Source: Klebsormidium nitens (lineage: Eukaryota; Plantae; Klebsormidiophyceae). From it: a stretch of 64,000 nucleotides of DNA. Numbering within the stretch: the first letter of the stretch is position 1; every line of letters begins with the position of its first letter. Of this stretch, positions 36,083 through 50,100 are shown piece after piece. Position numbers and translations under genes: made by a program. Below the pieces are notes generated by a model, which did no database searches, was not told the origin of the DNA, and was given only the letters and a program-made list of their open reading frames with translations. The stretch covers positions 39,004-103,003 of the forward strand of contig DF237270.1 of the NCBI GenBank assembly GCA_000708835.1, read 5' to 3'.

Positions 36083-38145
36083 AGCGGGGAGAGGTCTGTT
36101 GGATTCTCTTGATTGCTGACGACTCCGTTGTCAAAGAGGTTCATCAAGCTGGTTTGATAGCCGACTGTTTAGATGAGCTCGGTTAGTTTGCGAGGGTGGG
36201 TAGGCCGTTTTTGAGAGCTGAGCGAGCGTCGACAAGGATAATATCGTAAAGCTCGTACTGGCCTGCGGGGCAAGTCAGTGTTCGATGGTGCGATAACACC
36301 TGGACTTGTTGCGCGATTCTGATTGACTCGTAGAGGACGAACTCCGATCTGTTCACTGGATCAAAGCAAACAATTTTGGGAACAGTACTTCCGCGTTAAT
36401 TTTATGAAGCGGTCAAGTGCGTTCGTTTCAATCAGCAGTGTGCTTGTGTCCGCGAAAATGTATGTCACAATTGTCTCGCGCGGTCGCGACTTCATGTCTT
36501 CATGTGTGTGAGCAACCGAAAATGGTTGATTCATCACGACATCGTTCATCATGCAATGTACTGGCAGCCGCCCATCCCTTCGCTGATTTAGTAGAATCCA
36601 AAAGAGATAACTGAAACGGTTGTCCTGCACCAGATCGAAGCTAGAAACTGGCGCGTCGCTGCAAAGGTTCTTAAATCCGGCCGCCCAGATACGAGTCCAG
36701 ACGGAAACTCTGGGCTCCGTTCTGGCGACTGATCAAAGTTCGTTTACTATAATTATATCTATTTTATCATTGTGGGGGAAAAACAGAATATAAATTCTGA
36801 ACCTCAGGGGTTTAGGATTTGTGACGTCAGACTGCTGACGTCGACGGAAACTCTCCAAATACCTAGTCGCAGTCGGTCTGCGCCGAACTCCCCGAATTGT
36901 TACCAAGTTGTAAACTCTTCTAAAGTCAAAGATCCCTGGCCGTGCGGTTCGACCCGAATTGTGCACTGCAGACGGACTCATCATCGCAAAAGGCCCGACT
37001 CGAGGGCCCATGCCGGCAAGGACCGTCGTTGACTTTGTCATTCCGTGTAGCGGTTCCGGTAGCGGAACAGTTACCTTCGGAGCGTGAGCGGCTAGCCAGC
37101 TATCAGCTGATCGCTCAGCTGTCAGAGGGGCTGAGACACCAATACAAACAGCGCAGATTGTCCATATTGCCATGGCACACTGGTATACCATGGCTAACGT
37201 TCGAAGTCCAAGAATCAGGTTTAAGTCCCGTACGTCCTATCTCTTAGAGGGTTATAAGGCCAAGAGACGGGGACCGAGTTTCTGTCCTTTTAAAGTGGTT
37301 GTGGATTTGACGTGCATTGCATAGGTATAACGGAACCGTACATATGGTTGCATGCATTTCGTTTCTTCGAAGGCTGAGGGTGCCAGCCCATGTGTACATG
37401 TACGCATATGTCCGGTCGCTGTACATGCGAGGAGCTGATGACAATCAGCGCAAAGCACTTTCCGAAACCCGGGTGCAATGAACCAATTCAACTCATGTTT
37501 TGCCGTTGTGACATGATCGTGGTCAGAACCCACCCCTCCTTAACAATGATAATAGACAGACCCGTTTGGGAGTCGGATAACATAAAAGAACATTTTGATT
37601 GGGGAAGACCCTTGCGAAGTATAATGGCTAAGGCCGGGCCATGCATTTCGTGGCCATGCATTTCGTATTACACATCAAAAGGAACTTGTGAAGCTTGGAG
37701 AGTTCCCTTCTGTCGAAGGAAAAAACGACGAAGACGGCAATTATGCTTTCATTGCCTAAGCGACTCAGACTCCTTAGTGTACATGAACGGAAAGCAAACA
37801 TCCGAAGATGCAAGGGCACCTTTACTGTCGGCATCCGACGCCCTTTCTCACCTAGGCGGCCCTCAAGGCTTTTGTGGGACACGTGGTGCAAACCCCCAAT
37901 TCCCGGCCGTCCCTACACCTTTTGCTTATCCTCGAGGCCAACCGCTTCCGTCCTGTCGCTCAATTTACGACTACACTGCCTAACCCCAGTAGCAGCTTGA
38001 CCCCTCGTTATTGCCGGTTAACCCAACGGTGTCGGCCTAACCAAACTCCACACCACGGCCTCCCAAACCGGCAGCAGCCCCACGGCCGGCCGGCAGTCTA
38101 TGAAACTTGGCGAGGGGACTAGTTCCCCCCTAAACGGGCTTCCGC

Positions 38146-41100
38146 TCACGAGTCCTCCTCCTGCCGTTGCCGCATCATCTCCTTGTAGTTGTACCGCCGC
38201 CGCGTCTCTGACTGCCGCTGCATCAGCTGCCAGTGCTCCTTGAGGTCCTTGCAACGCGGCACTGGGCACGGGTTCTGCTTGCACAACCGGGAGTGCATCT
38301 GCGACGCGAGAAGAACGAGGGGCGTCAGCAATCACGTCAGCGAGCAAGAGCTAAATCAGTCGTCAGAAAGCTCACTTTTCCAGATCCTTGGCAGCCCAAA
38401 CAAACCAGGAAGCGCTCAACAATCGAGAGAGTAGCATCACGTTTCTGCTCCTTAATGAGACCTGTCCAGCAACAAATTGTTGTCTGAGCAGGGACGCCAA
38501 TCAGTTGGCAGCAGAAGCTCGGAATCTCCGAAATGCAGCCCCCAATGTCGCAGACTTTTAATTACTTCAAAGAAGCAAAAAGTGCCATCAAATACCATCT
38601 GACCAGAGCTTATGATTCGGGTGCAAATATAAGCGAGAGGCCACGTTTTAACACAGCCGGAGGTCTTCATTTAGGGTCATGGCCAAACAGGTGTACTTTG
38701 GGCGACGTCCCAGCCCACATAACCATGCCCATGCAAAGTCCTCATTGAAACCACCCAGCCTTGACAAAACCCCTCGTCCTGAACGGATTCCACCCACCGA
38801 CAAGTACCTTACTCCAATCAGACTCCTGAGCAAAGAGTAGTATTCCGCCCCAAACCCTCACCTTGAGCAGCACCCACATGCCGCGGCAGTTATGTGCGCG
38901 GGCCTTAAGACACCAAAAAACCCCGAAACCCCAAAGCCATTAACCCTCACCTTGAGCAGCATCCACAGTCAGCGGCAATGCGCGCACCTCCCCAGTCCCT
39001 AAAGCCCAAGAACTCACAAACTCAGAAAACCTGAAGCCCTAGACCCCTCACCTTGAGCAGCATCCACATGCGGCGGCAGTGCGCGCACCCCCCCGGCGCC
39101 TTCTTCTCGCACTGCATCCCGTGGCGGAAGAGCAGCCGGATGGTGAGGCACTTGGGGTAGCTGCACGACCGCAGCGGCGCCTTGCAATCCGACGCGTGGA
39201 GGAGGAGGTCCATCCACTTGCGCAGCGCCACCATGCGCTGCTCGCGCGCAAACAGGTTCTGCCCCGACCGCTCCTCCGCGGTCGGGTGCGGGGTCATCGG
39301 GTGCGGGTGCTTGTGGCCCACCTCCATGCAGTTGCTGCACGGGGGGGACAAGGAATGTGAGATGGGGCCGTATGTGAGCATGAGGCCGGTAATGACGAGC
39401 TTCTAGTGTGGTAAGGGATCAGCGGGTGCCGATGGTTGTGAGCTAAGGAAAAAAGAAGTCTTTGCCGGATCTAGCGGCCGGCTGAAACACAGCCCCATCA
39501 TCGACGTCTTTACTGACAATATCGAGATCTCAGTTCCACGAAATGGTCCCCTTCTGGCAGTCCCTGTGCTTGCTCTCAGTGGCTCCAACATGACAGCTCG
39601 TTGGACGAACTAAACGGAGTGGGGGTCTAGCCCTCAACCACTCACCTTCAATTCTTACAGACCACACACGCTGTGGCAGAAACGGTCTGGTTCCGTTTCA
39701 GACCGCGGAACAAGCGCAATCATAGGGAGAGCCACAAAAGGCCAACCCATCAAGAACAGTTCGCTCAAATTTTAGCACCTTAACATGACAGGTGAAGGAG
39801 ATATATCAGCACAAGAACGCAATGCCACCAAGCATAACCAGCCATGTTTGTGGCACTACCGCTACGCAAAAGCAGAACCCGGTCACCCACCTGCAGATGT
39901 CGAAGTCTGGGCAGACCTCGCAGCGGTAGCCGCGCCCGGCCTCGATGTCCTTCTGGCACACGTTGCAGCTCGACACGAACGCGGGCGCCGACGGGTTGTG
40001 CAGGTGGTAGAGCACCATCATGGACGAGTGCTTGGCGCGCCGCAACGTGTCGTACTGGTAGTGGTTGCCCTGGCACAGGCTCAGGAACGCCTGCCGCGTG
40101 TCGAAAAACTCGCTCTCCGCCTCCGCGTCGGGGTCGCGTGTGTCGGTCGGCACGCCCGCCACCGGCTGCAGTAAGAGAGAAAAGGTTCGTAGGTTCAGTC
40201 TTTTCCTTTTTGATATGCTGATATAGTACATTGGGGGTTTCAGGCTGAGGAACGTCTGCCGCGTTGCCAACAAAACCGTTCTCCGCCTCCCCGTCGGGGT
40301 CCCTCGTGTCCGTCGGCACGCCCGCCACCGGCTGCAGTAAGAAAGCCAAGGGTCACCCGTTTAGGTCTTTGCGGTATGCTGAGACAGTACATCGTGGGTT
40401 TTGGCTCAAGAACGCCTGCCGCATTAAACAGAAAAAGACTCTCCGCCTCCACGTCAGGGTCGCGCGTGTCGGTCGGCACTTCAGCCACCGGCTGCAATAC
40501 AAGTGTCCAAGATTCAGGTCCTTTCATTGCCAGAATGCTGGTATAGTGGGTTGCAAATGTTAGGCTCAGAAACGCCTGCTGCATATCGAAGAACTCGCTC
40601 TCTGCCTTTGTTTGGGTCGCACGTGTCGGTCGGAACGCCCACCACCGGCTGCAATAAACTTGTCAGAATTTGAGTCTTTCGGGATTTCGGATGCTGCACC
40701 ATTTCCCTGAATATCAGGCTCAGGAACGCCTGCCGCATGTCAGAAAAGTCGCTCTCCGCCTCCGCACTGAAGTCGCGTGTGTCAGTCGGCACGCCCGCTA
40801 CCGACTGCGATGAGAAGGCAGAAATATTGTTGGGGGTTAAGGCATTTTCGGGGTGCTTTTGGGGAGGGGAGATTGTGAGCTTCATTAGAGCAACTGCGGG
40901 TGTCACTTGATCTCGACTGCAACGAAGAAAGCCAAGTAATAAGTCGGGTCGCATCTGCCTACACGTCGATAGAGATTGCCGGACGCAATTTCAAAAGTCC
41001 AAACGCAACTCGAGAAGGATTTGCAGAATGCTTCACGTGCGCAACCAGTCTCTGGGGTGCCGGACGCAGGACGTGCTTGATTATGGTCCTGGTTTAGACC

Positions 41101-44100
41101 CCCAGTATCACATAGGTCCCCTTCCAATTCAACCAACCCGAACGGAAGTCGGAAGTAGCAGCCAACAATACCTCAACCCGCAAGCTAACCCTACTCCCTC
41201 GCGAGCGCCTGAGCACTTCATCCTAACGCAAACCCCCGCCACACTCACGCAAGAAGGTGTACTTCTTCGTACCCCTCCTGACCAGAGGAAACCCTAGGAC
41301 AAAAGACCAAGAAGACGTCGAACTTGCTTTGTCTCACTAAGCGCTTTCATGCCAAACCAGAACGCAAAAGGAACCCGGCGCACCTGCGCGAAGAAGGTGT
41401 GCTTCTCCGGGTCCCCGAGCGGGTGCCGCTGCTCCATGGGCCGCGCGTTCTCAGCGGCGTGACACGTGTCGCACAGCCGGAAGTCGCAGTTCTTGCCGCG
41501 GCAGCTCCACCGGTTCCCGAACATGATGAAGTCGCGGCAGTGGCTGCACGTCGGGTGCATGTGCACCATGATGAAGTCCTCCTTCATCGGCCCGATCGCC
41601 TCGCCCAGCTGCAAAAACAAGGTTGAAGGGTTAGCATTGCCTAACGGAAAAGAAGGTTGGAATGTGCTCACATAACCGTGAACGAGACGACATAAGACGC
41701 CCGTGAGCGGAGTCATTATCAATTGTTTCATCAGCTTCCGCAGCTGTGAGGAAGAGACCGCGGTTGCAAGTCTCTATAACATGTGAGGACTCAAGTATGA
41801 CATGCCGAAATGCTCGAACAACGGACCAGGAGCCACAAACCAGGAACGCGATACTGTCATGTTCTATGTTGGTTTGCCCAGCTGCAACGGAGCACAGCAG
41901 AATTGTATGAAAACTCCGCAGCTCTCAAGGATGGAAACTGCATATCGTTCCAAGCGACCAGACAACTGTAGTAGGGGCACGCCTGCCAATATACTCTCCT
42001 CATTGAAAGGCCAGAAAGCAATTTCGCGAGTTTTGCGCCACATTGACCAAACGGGTAGAGCAACAATTTGAAAAACTTGATCTGCAGATCTACACACCTT
42101 TCGATCTACAAACCTTTCAAACAGCCGAAAAAACCTGCCGGCGTTCATAAGACCCTTTCACGGTGAGACCCATACGCTTTAAGCTCGTTGCTGTTATAAA
42201 ATCCCTGCGAATGTTTTGACAGTGCTGACAAGGTGACCTGGGAAGTCAAAGTCAATTTCCATACCGATGGCGTTCAACTCCCTGACGCAAAAAACACTTA
42301 GAACTCTGAGCGGCTGCAGTTTCTCATCGCCTCTCCTTATTGTTCTTCCGCCCTTGCAAGACGAACATCCAACAGACAAACTCATATTGAAGTGACCAAA
42401 AAGGCAGATCTTTTTGTTGGGGTACCTTGATTGGCAACTCCAAATACGTCAATTGGGTAAAACAACGAGTACCACAACAGACACATGTGTGGATCGGAAA
42501 CAGTGTCACAATCGAATCTACATTTGAGAGATTTTCTTGAACAAGTAGGAGGTCAAGCAAGTTTTGCCTGAGCAGGAAGTCAGACTGCAGACAATGTACA
42601 GGTGTGTCAAGTCAGATTTCGCAGGCTTTCACCAAATTGGGCTCCAAATTTCAGGCGCAACAACCTGCACAAAGATTCACTTAGAGATGAACCAAAACAA
42701 ATGCTAATGCAACCACAGCAACAATATACCTCGAGGACGTAAAAGTTCGGGATAGGGCCTATCATCAGGGCCACAGAAATTCAAGGACAAAGTCTGTAGC
42801 AACCTTGATGCGTTGCCGAAATCGCAGCAGGACCCGCCTTGTGCCTTGCATGCATTAGACTCCGACCAGCAATTGCATGACCGGATGGAAGCTTGCCAGA
42901 AAGGCTCTTCCTCCAAAGCAGATAACTCCAAGGAACAAGCAGAATATTGGCTTGCCTCTTTTACGCAGTAAAATATGCGGACTATTGTTTTCGTGTCAAC
43001 CGCGTTTTTGCGACGCTGTACGACACGGCTCTGCGGAAGATAAGGGAGCCGAGTCTGCCGCTGTTTTCAGTTGCGCGCAGTTCGATACGAAAACGTACGC
43101 AAAAACCCGAAAAAGGTCCAGGCCTCAAAAGCCACCGAGCCCAGACTGCCCCGCGCGCCTTCGTGGAATGTTGCTACGAATCGAACGCGGGCGCGAGTGT
43201 GCCGACGCGCAGAAACGTAACATTGTAACGCTTGACCTCGATTTCTCCGAACAGGTTGAATAAAGGCCTGCCACGTTGCATGCCGAAGGCTGTGAAGCTG
43301 CCACGTTTCGGTTCGTACCTCGGTTGAGCACCTGACACTGTGGCGTACCCCGGTCGTCGCTCCAACAAATCAAAATTAAAATCACCCTTATATGCGATGG
43401 ACTCATTCAGTATTGCTGCTTTGGTTTTGCAAGGATGGGGGAAAGTGTCCGGAGGGAAGAGTGACTGGTAATCCGGTACGTACTGCAACTGTTCAGCCCA
43501 CAGGACGATGTACGGACTCCCGTGTACCGCGTGTGCCCGCTCGCGCACAGACTTCAGCACTCGCTTTGGCACGGCGAAAATTCACAGTAGATAATCAGAG
43601 CAACGCCACACGATGCCACGGTGTGCACTTTTAAATTTCTGCCCGGAATCGCCCAACAAAAGAGGCAAGCCCCCGCCGCCCTTCCGGGCGGTCTACCATG
43701 TATTTTCTGGCAATCGAACCAGCGGAGCTGGCACGGACCAACCACGGCTGAACATGAAACACTCCCCTTTTCGTACATTGTATCAAGACCGCACCTTCGC
43801 CTCAAAGAACTGTGGCTAGAATTTAAGAGCGTGTAGCTTGCGCAATTGCAAGTCTGCTAAGATAGCTTGGCGCTTGACCAGAAATTTCTGCCAGCAGACG
43901 CAAGTTCAAAGACAGGAGACATTCCTCTTGGCAGTCAGGGAGCGGTACCTTCCTTGAGCTTTGCTTCATCTCGGCTCCTAAAGTAAACTTCACTGATTGG
44001 CGCGGTCATGCCAGCAATTGCGAATAATGTCACTGCGAGCGCCCATTCTAGTAACAGGCACAACAAATCGGCGCCTCTAAAAGAAAGGCCGACAAGAGAA

Positions 44101-47100
44101 TCAAGATGTTCAACCCGGCTTGCCGATATTGGCCACGTACTTTGCTCCAAAAGGTCGATACGACATCAGACCCCTGATGTCGAAACGAAAGGGCGCGAGC
44201 TATCGCCACTAGGCATCTCGCTTTATACTCGTGGACACTGAATATAGTAGGGTCCGATTGCAAAGCTACTGAGAGGGGTGTACTGAAGCTGCCGGAGTGT
44301 TATCAACGGTCTGAAGACAACAGTTCCCGAGTTCTGACAATCAATCTGAAGTAAAAGCAGAAGTAGAATAGCACTTGCAGTCAAACGGGCAGGAAACCGA
44401 AGCCAACGAAAACGGTAAAGGGCGTCATCGCCGACTGAGACCGAGCAACCGACCTTTTGCATGAGCATCTGGTCCCGGGTTGCGTTGGTGGGCAGCTCCA
44501 TCATGAGCGGCACCTTGCCCTTGCCCTTGACGGCCGCCTTGCCCTTCTTCTTCACCGTCTTGCCCCGGTTCCGAATCGCCTCCTCCACCTCCGCCTCCAT
44601 CTGCACAGGTCAGAGAGGCTCTTAGTTCTCAGACTTCCCAGGTTGGTAGAGAAACATTCGCATGTCTCTACTTGGTTATCAAACGACTTCCACCAGGTTG
44701 AAACCAAGAAAGTAATTCGTCCGATCCATCGTCTACAGACCAAGTAATCACGATAATGTAAGTAATCATGATAATGGGTGTCATCAACGCGGCAAATCAT
44801 GGTTGAATAAGCCGAAAATGAAGCTTCCCATCACAAGCTAGCGACCAAGTAACCATAATGAACAGCGGTCTCGCAGCGCGGCTAACCATCCTCGTCAACT
44901 CTTCAAAGAAATGCCCACGTGCTGGAGCCTAAATCAATCCTAAGCAGCATACAACGTGACACTATACAGCCAGAGACCAATTTCGTTCCAACTACGAACC
45001 AAGAATCTCAGTCGACCGTTAACCGGGGGCCGAACCCACCTGCTGGATCATGTCCTCCGCCGCGCCCGGCCAGTAGTCCCCGTCATAGTACGGCAGCCCT
45101 AACCACTTTCCTAACAATCCCGTATAACCATAAACCCAGATCCAAACCCACCTGCTGGATCATGTCCTCCGCCGCGCCCGGCCAGTAGTCCCCGTCGAAG
45201 TACGGGAGCAGCGCCGCCGTGACGGGCACCCGCGACTCCTCCCCTTTCATGAAGAACATGTCAAACATGTTGGTCGTCTCCACGACAATCCCCTCGCGCG
45301 ACGCCTTGCGCAGCATGCTGAGGTACCATTCCCGCAGCTTGTCGCTCTTCGGCGTCTTCTGGATCTCCGGGTGGCAGTAGAGGATGTAGTCCTCGCCCTT
45401 GAGGGGCGGGCACGCCCAGATGTAGACGGAGTTGAAGCCGCGCAGCTTGGTGTACTCCAGGTAGCCGATCTGCAACGAATTGTGCATACGACAGCGTTCG
45501 AAAAAGCAACGGAAAGCCAGGACGCACAGGGAGGCAAAACAAAACCCGAGGTGACGGAAAGGGTGCACCAAAGCGGCTTGAGAACGCTGAAAGGGAATTT
45601 AAAACGGCTCAACGACGAAAATCCGGACGAGGCTAGAAGGTACGGAAAATGGCTACACTGCAATCGGTCGAAGTCGTGCCACCAGCTAGAGTGATGCACA
45701 GAAGCCCGACCAAAGCTTTTGCTAGACCCCGCTGCAGAGCTGAGGCTCAACAAGCAGATTACGCCGAACTTTTCAAGCTAAACTCTTTGTACAAACAGGT
45801 GTCTACTCGCAAATGTGACAGATGTCAAGACTAACCCGTCTGAGGAGAAGCCCTCTAGTCCGCCAGAGGAAAAACCCAAGTTTGGCTTTCAAAAGAGAGC
45901 AGCTTTGAACAGAGACCCCTGCCTACACGAAACTTCATACACCTAAACGGCCCACCTTCAGAAACCTCTACCTCAGTAGAACGTACTTGGTATGCACACT
46001 GCATCCAAAAGCGAACCACAACTTTCAAGCGTCCACACCAACGTAGCAACAAAATGGCGCTCTGATCCGGCTTACCAGGATCTCGTGGTAGACGAATGTC
46101 CGGAGGGCTTCCCCAGTGACCGTCTTGACCTCTGGCCGGAAGTACTTGACCGAGTCGAGGTAGGAGAGGTACATGCGCCGCGTGTTGGGCTTCTCGGCGT
46201 CGGTGCCGAACTCCTGGGTGTACATGCCGAACAGCAGGATTTCTACGCCCTCAATCTTCTGGAAGAGCAGGACAACCTGCGGAGAAGGGGACAGGAATTC
46301 AGCATTCCTGTTTTCTGGATGTAAGTCAATGTATCTCAAGGTTAAGGGAGTATATTCAGGTCGAGCGGAAAGGTTAAGAAGCAGCAGACAGAGAGTGAGC
46401 GCGACGGGAAAGCCTAAGCATGATGGATGTTTTCCTTTCTCGAACATGTCGAAGACAAGAAGATGCTGCCACGCCCCTTGACCTTCGAGACAAAGAGAAC
46501 CAGCTTTAAGGAGGGGACAAAGCGTTTCTGATCTAGCCACAACAGAACAAGGTGAAGCCGGCCTCCAATCTCAAGTTACTGGAGGAGGGGGTGAGAATCC
46601 AAGAGACGGATGGACAGACGCACACTACCATACCTGTATATAATTTCGGCACCTTCGACGCAAAATAGTTAATTATGAAAACTTTTATTCATTTCAGCAG
46701 GCTCGACGTTACCTGCTAAAACAACCATTATCGAACCATCATCGCCTCGGGGATAATTTCTGAAAATTTCAGCCGGCCAAATCATTATTTATTCGTCGCC
46801 GAAATCAAATACAGGTACGGTACCATGGTACGGAGGTTTGAAAAGGCTATCTCCGTGCTTCGAAAAGGAGACAGGAAGCAGGCCACAAAAACTCACTTTT
46901 GACTTGTAGGGGAACTCGCTCGCGTAGTTCTCGGCCTGGAACAGCTCCGCGAACTTGGACTTCACCTCCAGCTTCTTGTCAACGCTTGACACTACCCGTA
47001 CTACCAGGCCGTCGGCAGTAATCACCTGCAGCCCGGCGTCAAAGGATGAGTATCAGACTCTTCAGAAGACCCGAAGCTGCAAAGAGACTCAATTAACGAA

Positions 47101-50100
47101 CCCCTTCCCTAAAGCACAGCCCCCCTAATGCCTCCGCGCCAAAATTACAATACAGGTCATCAAGAATGTGATTACGACCCGGGTCGACGAAAATCAAAGC
47201 CAGGGTCCGAACGAGGGTAAGCTCCGCCATATGAATCCAACTCCAGCGGATACGAGCCTTCAGGTCCGGACCAAATAAACGGAAACAGGTCATCCGACGA
47301 CAAACTCAATGCTCAGGCGGCTTTTCCTCGCTCGCCCTCGCGAGACTTGAAGCCGGTGTTGCATCTCGAAGACCCAAATAAGTGCAAACAAGTCACCCAG
47401 GCACAAACACCGATCGATCCCCAAGTAGGGTAAGGCTTACAATCAGTAAGCTTACCAGCCAGGGACGGGTGTGGTTAGTTGGTTTAAGGCTGGTACAAGT
47501 GCGGACAAATGATTGTGGGGGTTTCCAGCCGCCTCTCCCTGCTCCGTGCCCGCAAACATTGATGCAATATCGATAAAGTCCCAGAACCCCGTGCTGAGAA
47601 CACCCGCAAACATTGCAGCAGGGTCGTTGAAGCCCCAGAAGCCGAGCCAACAAAAAACAGGCCAGCCAAGCACACCCACCTGCTCCTAGCCGCTTCTCCT
47701 TGGCCCGCGCCCACGAACATTGCAGTCGAATTGATGAAAGCCCCAGAACCCAAATCGACGAAAACAGGTCAGCCAAGCTAACCCACCTGCTCTAACCGCT
47801 TCCCCTCGGCCCGCGCCCGCTCTGTGCGCTCCTGCCCGAGGCGCCTCTGGAGGCGCTCCTCCAGGAAGTTGCTCAGGTGCGTCTTGGGCAGGTCTTTCGC
47901 CATGAGCACCGCCGAGGGGGGCAGCGGCGCGCGGGTGCCCTCGACGAGACCGCTGAGGAGGCACTCGGGACACGTGTACTCGGTGTCGACGCTCTCATTG
48001 CGGCGGCCGTTGAAGAGCGCGCAGATCTGGTGGTTCCACTTGTTGCAGCGGTCGCACTGGACCCACTGGAAGAGAAGGACCGGACGAAGAAATGAGTCAG
48101 AAAGCGGTGCTTTAAAGGTTAAGATGCTCTTCTAGCATCGACTTTGCTAAAGGCTATGCAAAAGTCGGGCGAACAGGAGAACGGGAAATGGGACCACATA
48201 TCAGGCTAGGGCTTGCGAGGAAAATCCTTCATGGCGTCTCGCCAAAAACCTCGACAGTGAGACAAACAGAAAGCTGCGGCCGATCGTTCAAAAGGCCCAG
48301 AATCTTTCACGGGCACACAACAGGACTACGAGGAAATGCTCCCCTTCTCGTGATGCCAAGGATGCACTTCAACTTCTGCCGAGCTCGGATTCCGTATCCG
48401 ACCGGAAATAGGAAAGACAACACAGCTCAGCTCCACAGACAAACCCAACCAAACCCCCCCGCTCACCGCCTCCTCGACCTCCTCGTCGTTCTTCTTCTTT
48501 TCTAGCTTGGCCTTGGGGAACTGGTGCCCCTCGATGTCGACCGTGTCCCCCCGCTGGTCCGCAAAGCACTGCGTGCACACCACGTGCTTCGTGTCGGTGC
48601 CCGCCATCACAAAGTGGTACACTCCGTTGCGCTTGATGCGCGCGCCGCATGGCGTGCAGTACAGCGGGGGCGGCTCGAACGAGAGCCGGACGAGCCCGCA
48701 CAGCTGGCAGGCGTCCTCGGGCAGGTTGTGCGGGTCCACCCGGGGGACGAGCGCCGCCTGGCCTTTGCCCTTCTGGGGGGGCGGTTGCTGCAGCGGGAGC
48801 TTCACAAAGGTTAGAACTTGGTTCATTCATGAAGATCAGAGTCTGAGGAAACAGCTGTCTCAATTCTCTCTGATGTAAGCGGTTAATTCAAGGATGAGCA
48901 CAACCTGGCCTTTGCCCTTCTGAGGGGGCGGTTGCTGCATGGGAAGTTAGCAAAGGTCAGAAAATACACCAAAACCCCAACTTACATTTCCCGTATTCCA
49001 AGAAGTGGACTCAAGGAGGAGGACGACCCTGCCCTTTGCACAAGGAAAGTCGGTATGATTCTCAAAAAAGCACCACGTGAACTTCCCTCCCACCATCTGT
49101 GAAATGATGCATGAGATGATCGTGATCAAGCACCTTGCTGACGAAGCAACCTTTAAAGATGAGTTCGCAACATTTAGGAGACCTGTTACGGCGCCGGAGA
49201 GTATTTGCACGGAGACTGACGACTCGAACACAAATCAAATCCGCCGTCGTGTTCCCTATGAGAGTGGTGTCTTCGAGAGTCGAGAGCTACTCCAGAAAAA
49301 ACGTGACTCTTCGAAATGAGAGTCGGATCTGGTGAGGGCAAAGTTTTTATCCCTTCCGCCCTTTCTTGGCAGTAACCGGCTAATTCCCTTGAAAACGGCA
49401 TATGCATCTCTACCAGGCCCCTCAATAAATTTCGAACTCGGCTGTTCCTGGACGGCTTACGAAGCTGACCCACCCACATTCGTGCGAATCATTGGAAAGG
49501 CCCGAAAAGCTGACCCACCTGGTAGATCCAGGACCGCAGCGACCGTATGTGCTGCTTGATCTCGAAAGCCGTGAACAGTTCCGTCAGGGACGTCCCCTGG
49601 ACCTTCGGCTTGCCGCCCTTCGCCTGACTTCCCCCCGCTCCATCCTGCGCCGCATGGGGCACCACTGCCCCGTGAACGTTCCCCCTGTTCGGGTCAACAA
49701 CAACCATCTTACCCCCCTGCTCCGCGCCCATGTCCCCCGACCCCCCCCGGTGCGCATACGCCCCGGGGACCTCGTTTTTCACACCCGCTACAAGCTCTTG
49801 TTTCGTTACGGGTGCTCGCCCGGCTACCCCCGCACTGCCCGGCTCGAACTTCATCGCCCCGGGGTCCGGTTTCAGGCCCCCTTCCGCTTTCACGGGGTAC
49901 CCCTGGCTGGCCGCGTCCTCCGCTTTCACCAGCGGATTCGCCCCTTGCGACGCCCCGGGGGGGCCCTCTATCCTCTGCCGTTTCGCCCCCCCCTGGAGCT
50001 CCTCGGCCTGGCGCGCGGCCGCTTCCATCAGCACCTGCTTCTGCTGATGTAAGATCTCGCGCACCGGCTGACAGACGGGGCAGCGCTGGTCGCGGCACGA

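Noticed and set aside
36940-36960. GGTTCGACCC as a tRNA T-loop/B-box
   Set aside because: No cloverleaf stems or matching A-box upstream.
36733-37983. 152-aa and 197-aa ORFs between lectin 2 and HAC1
   Set aside because: No codon bias, splice structure or domain motifs; the second overlaps the likely HAC1 3' UTR.
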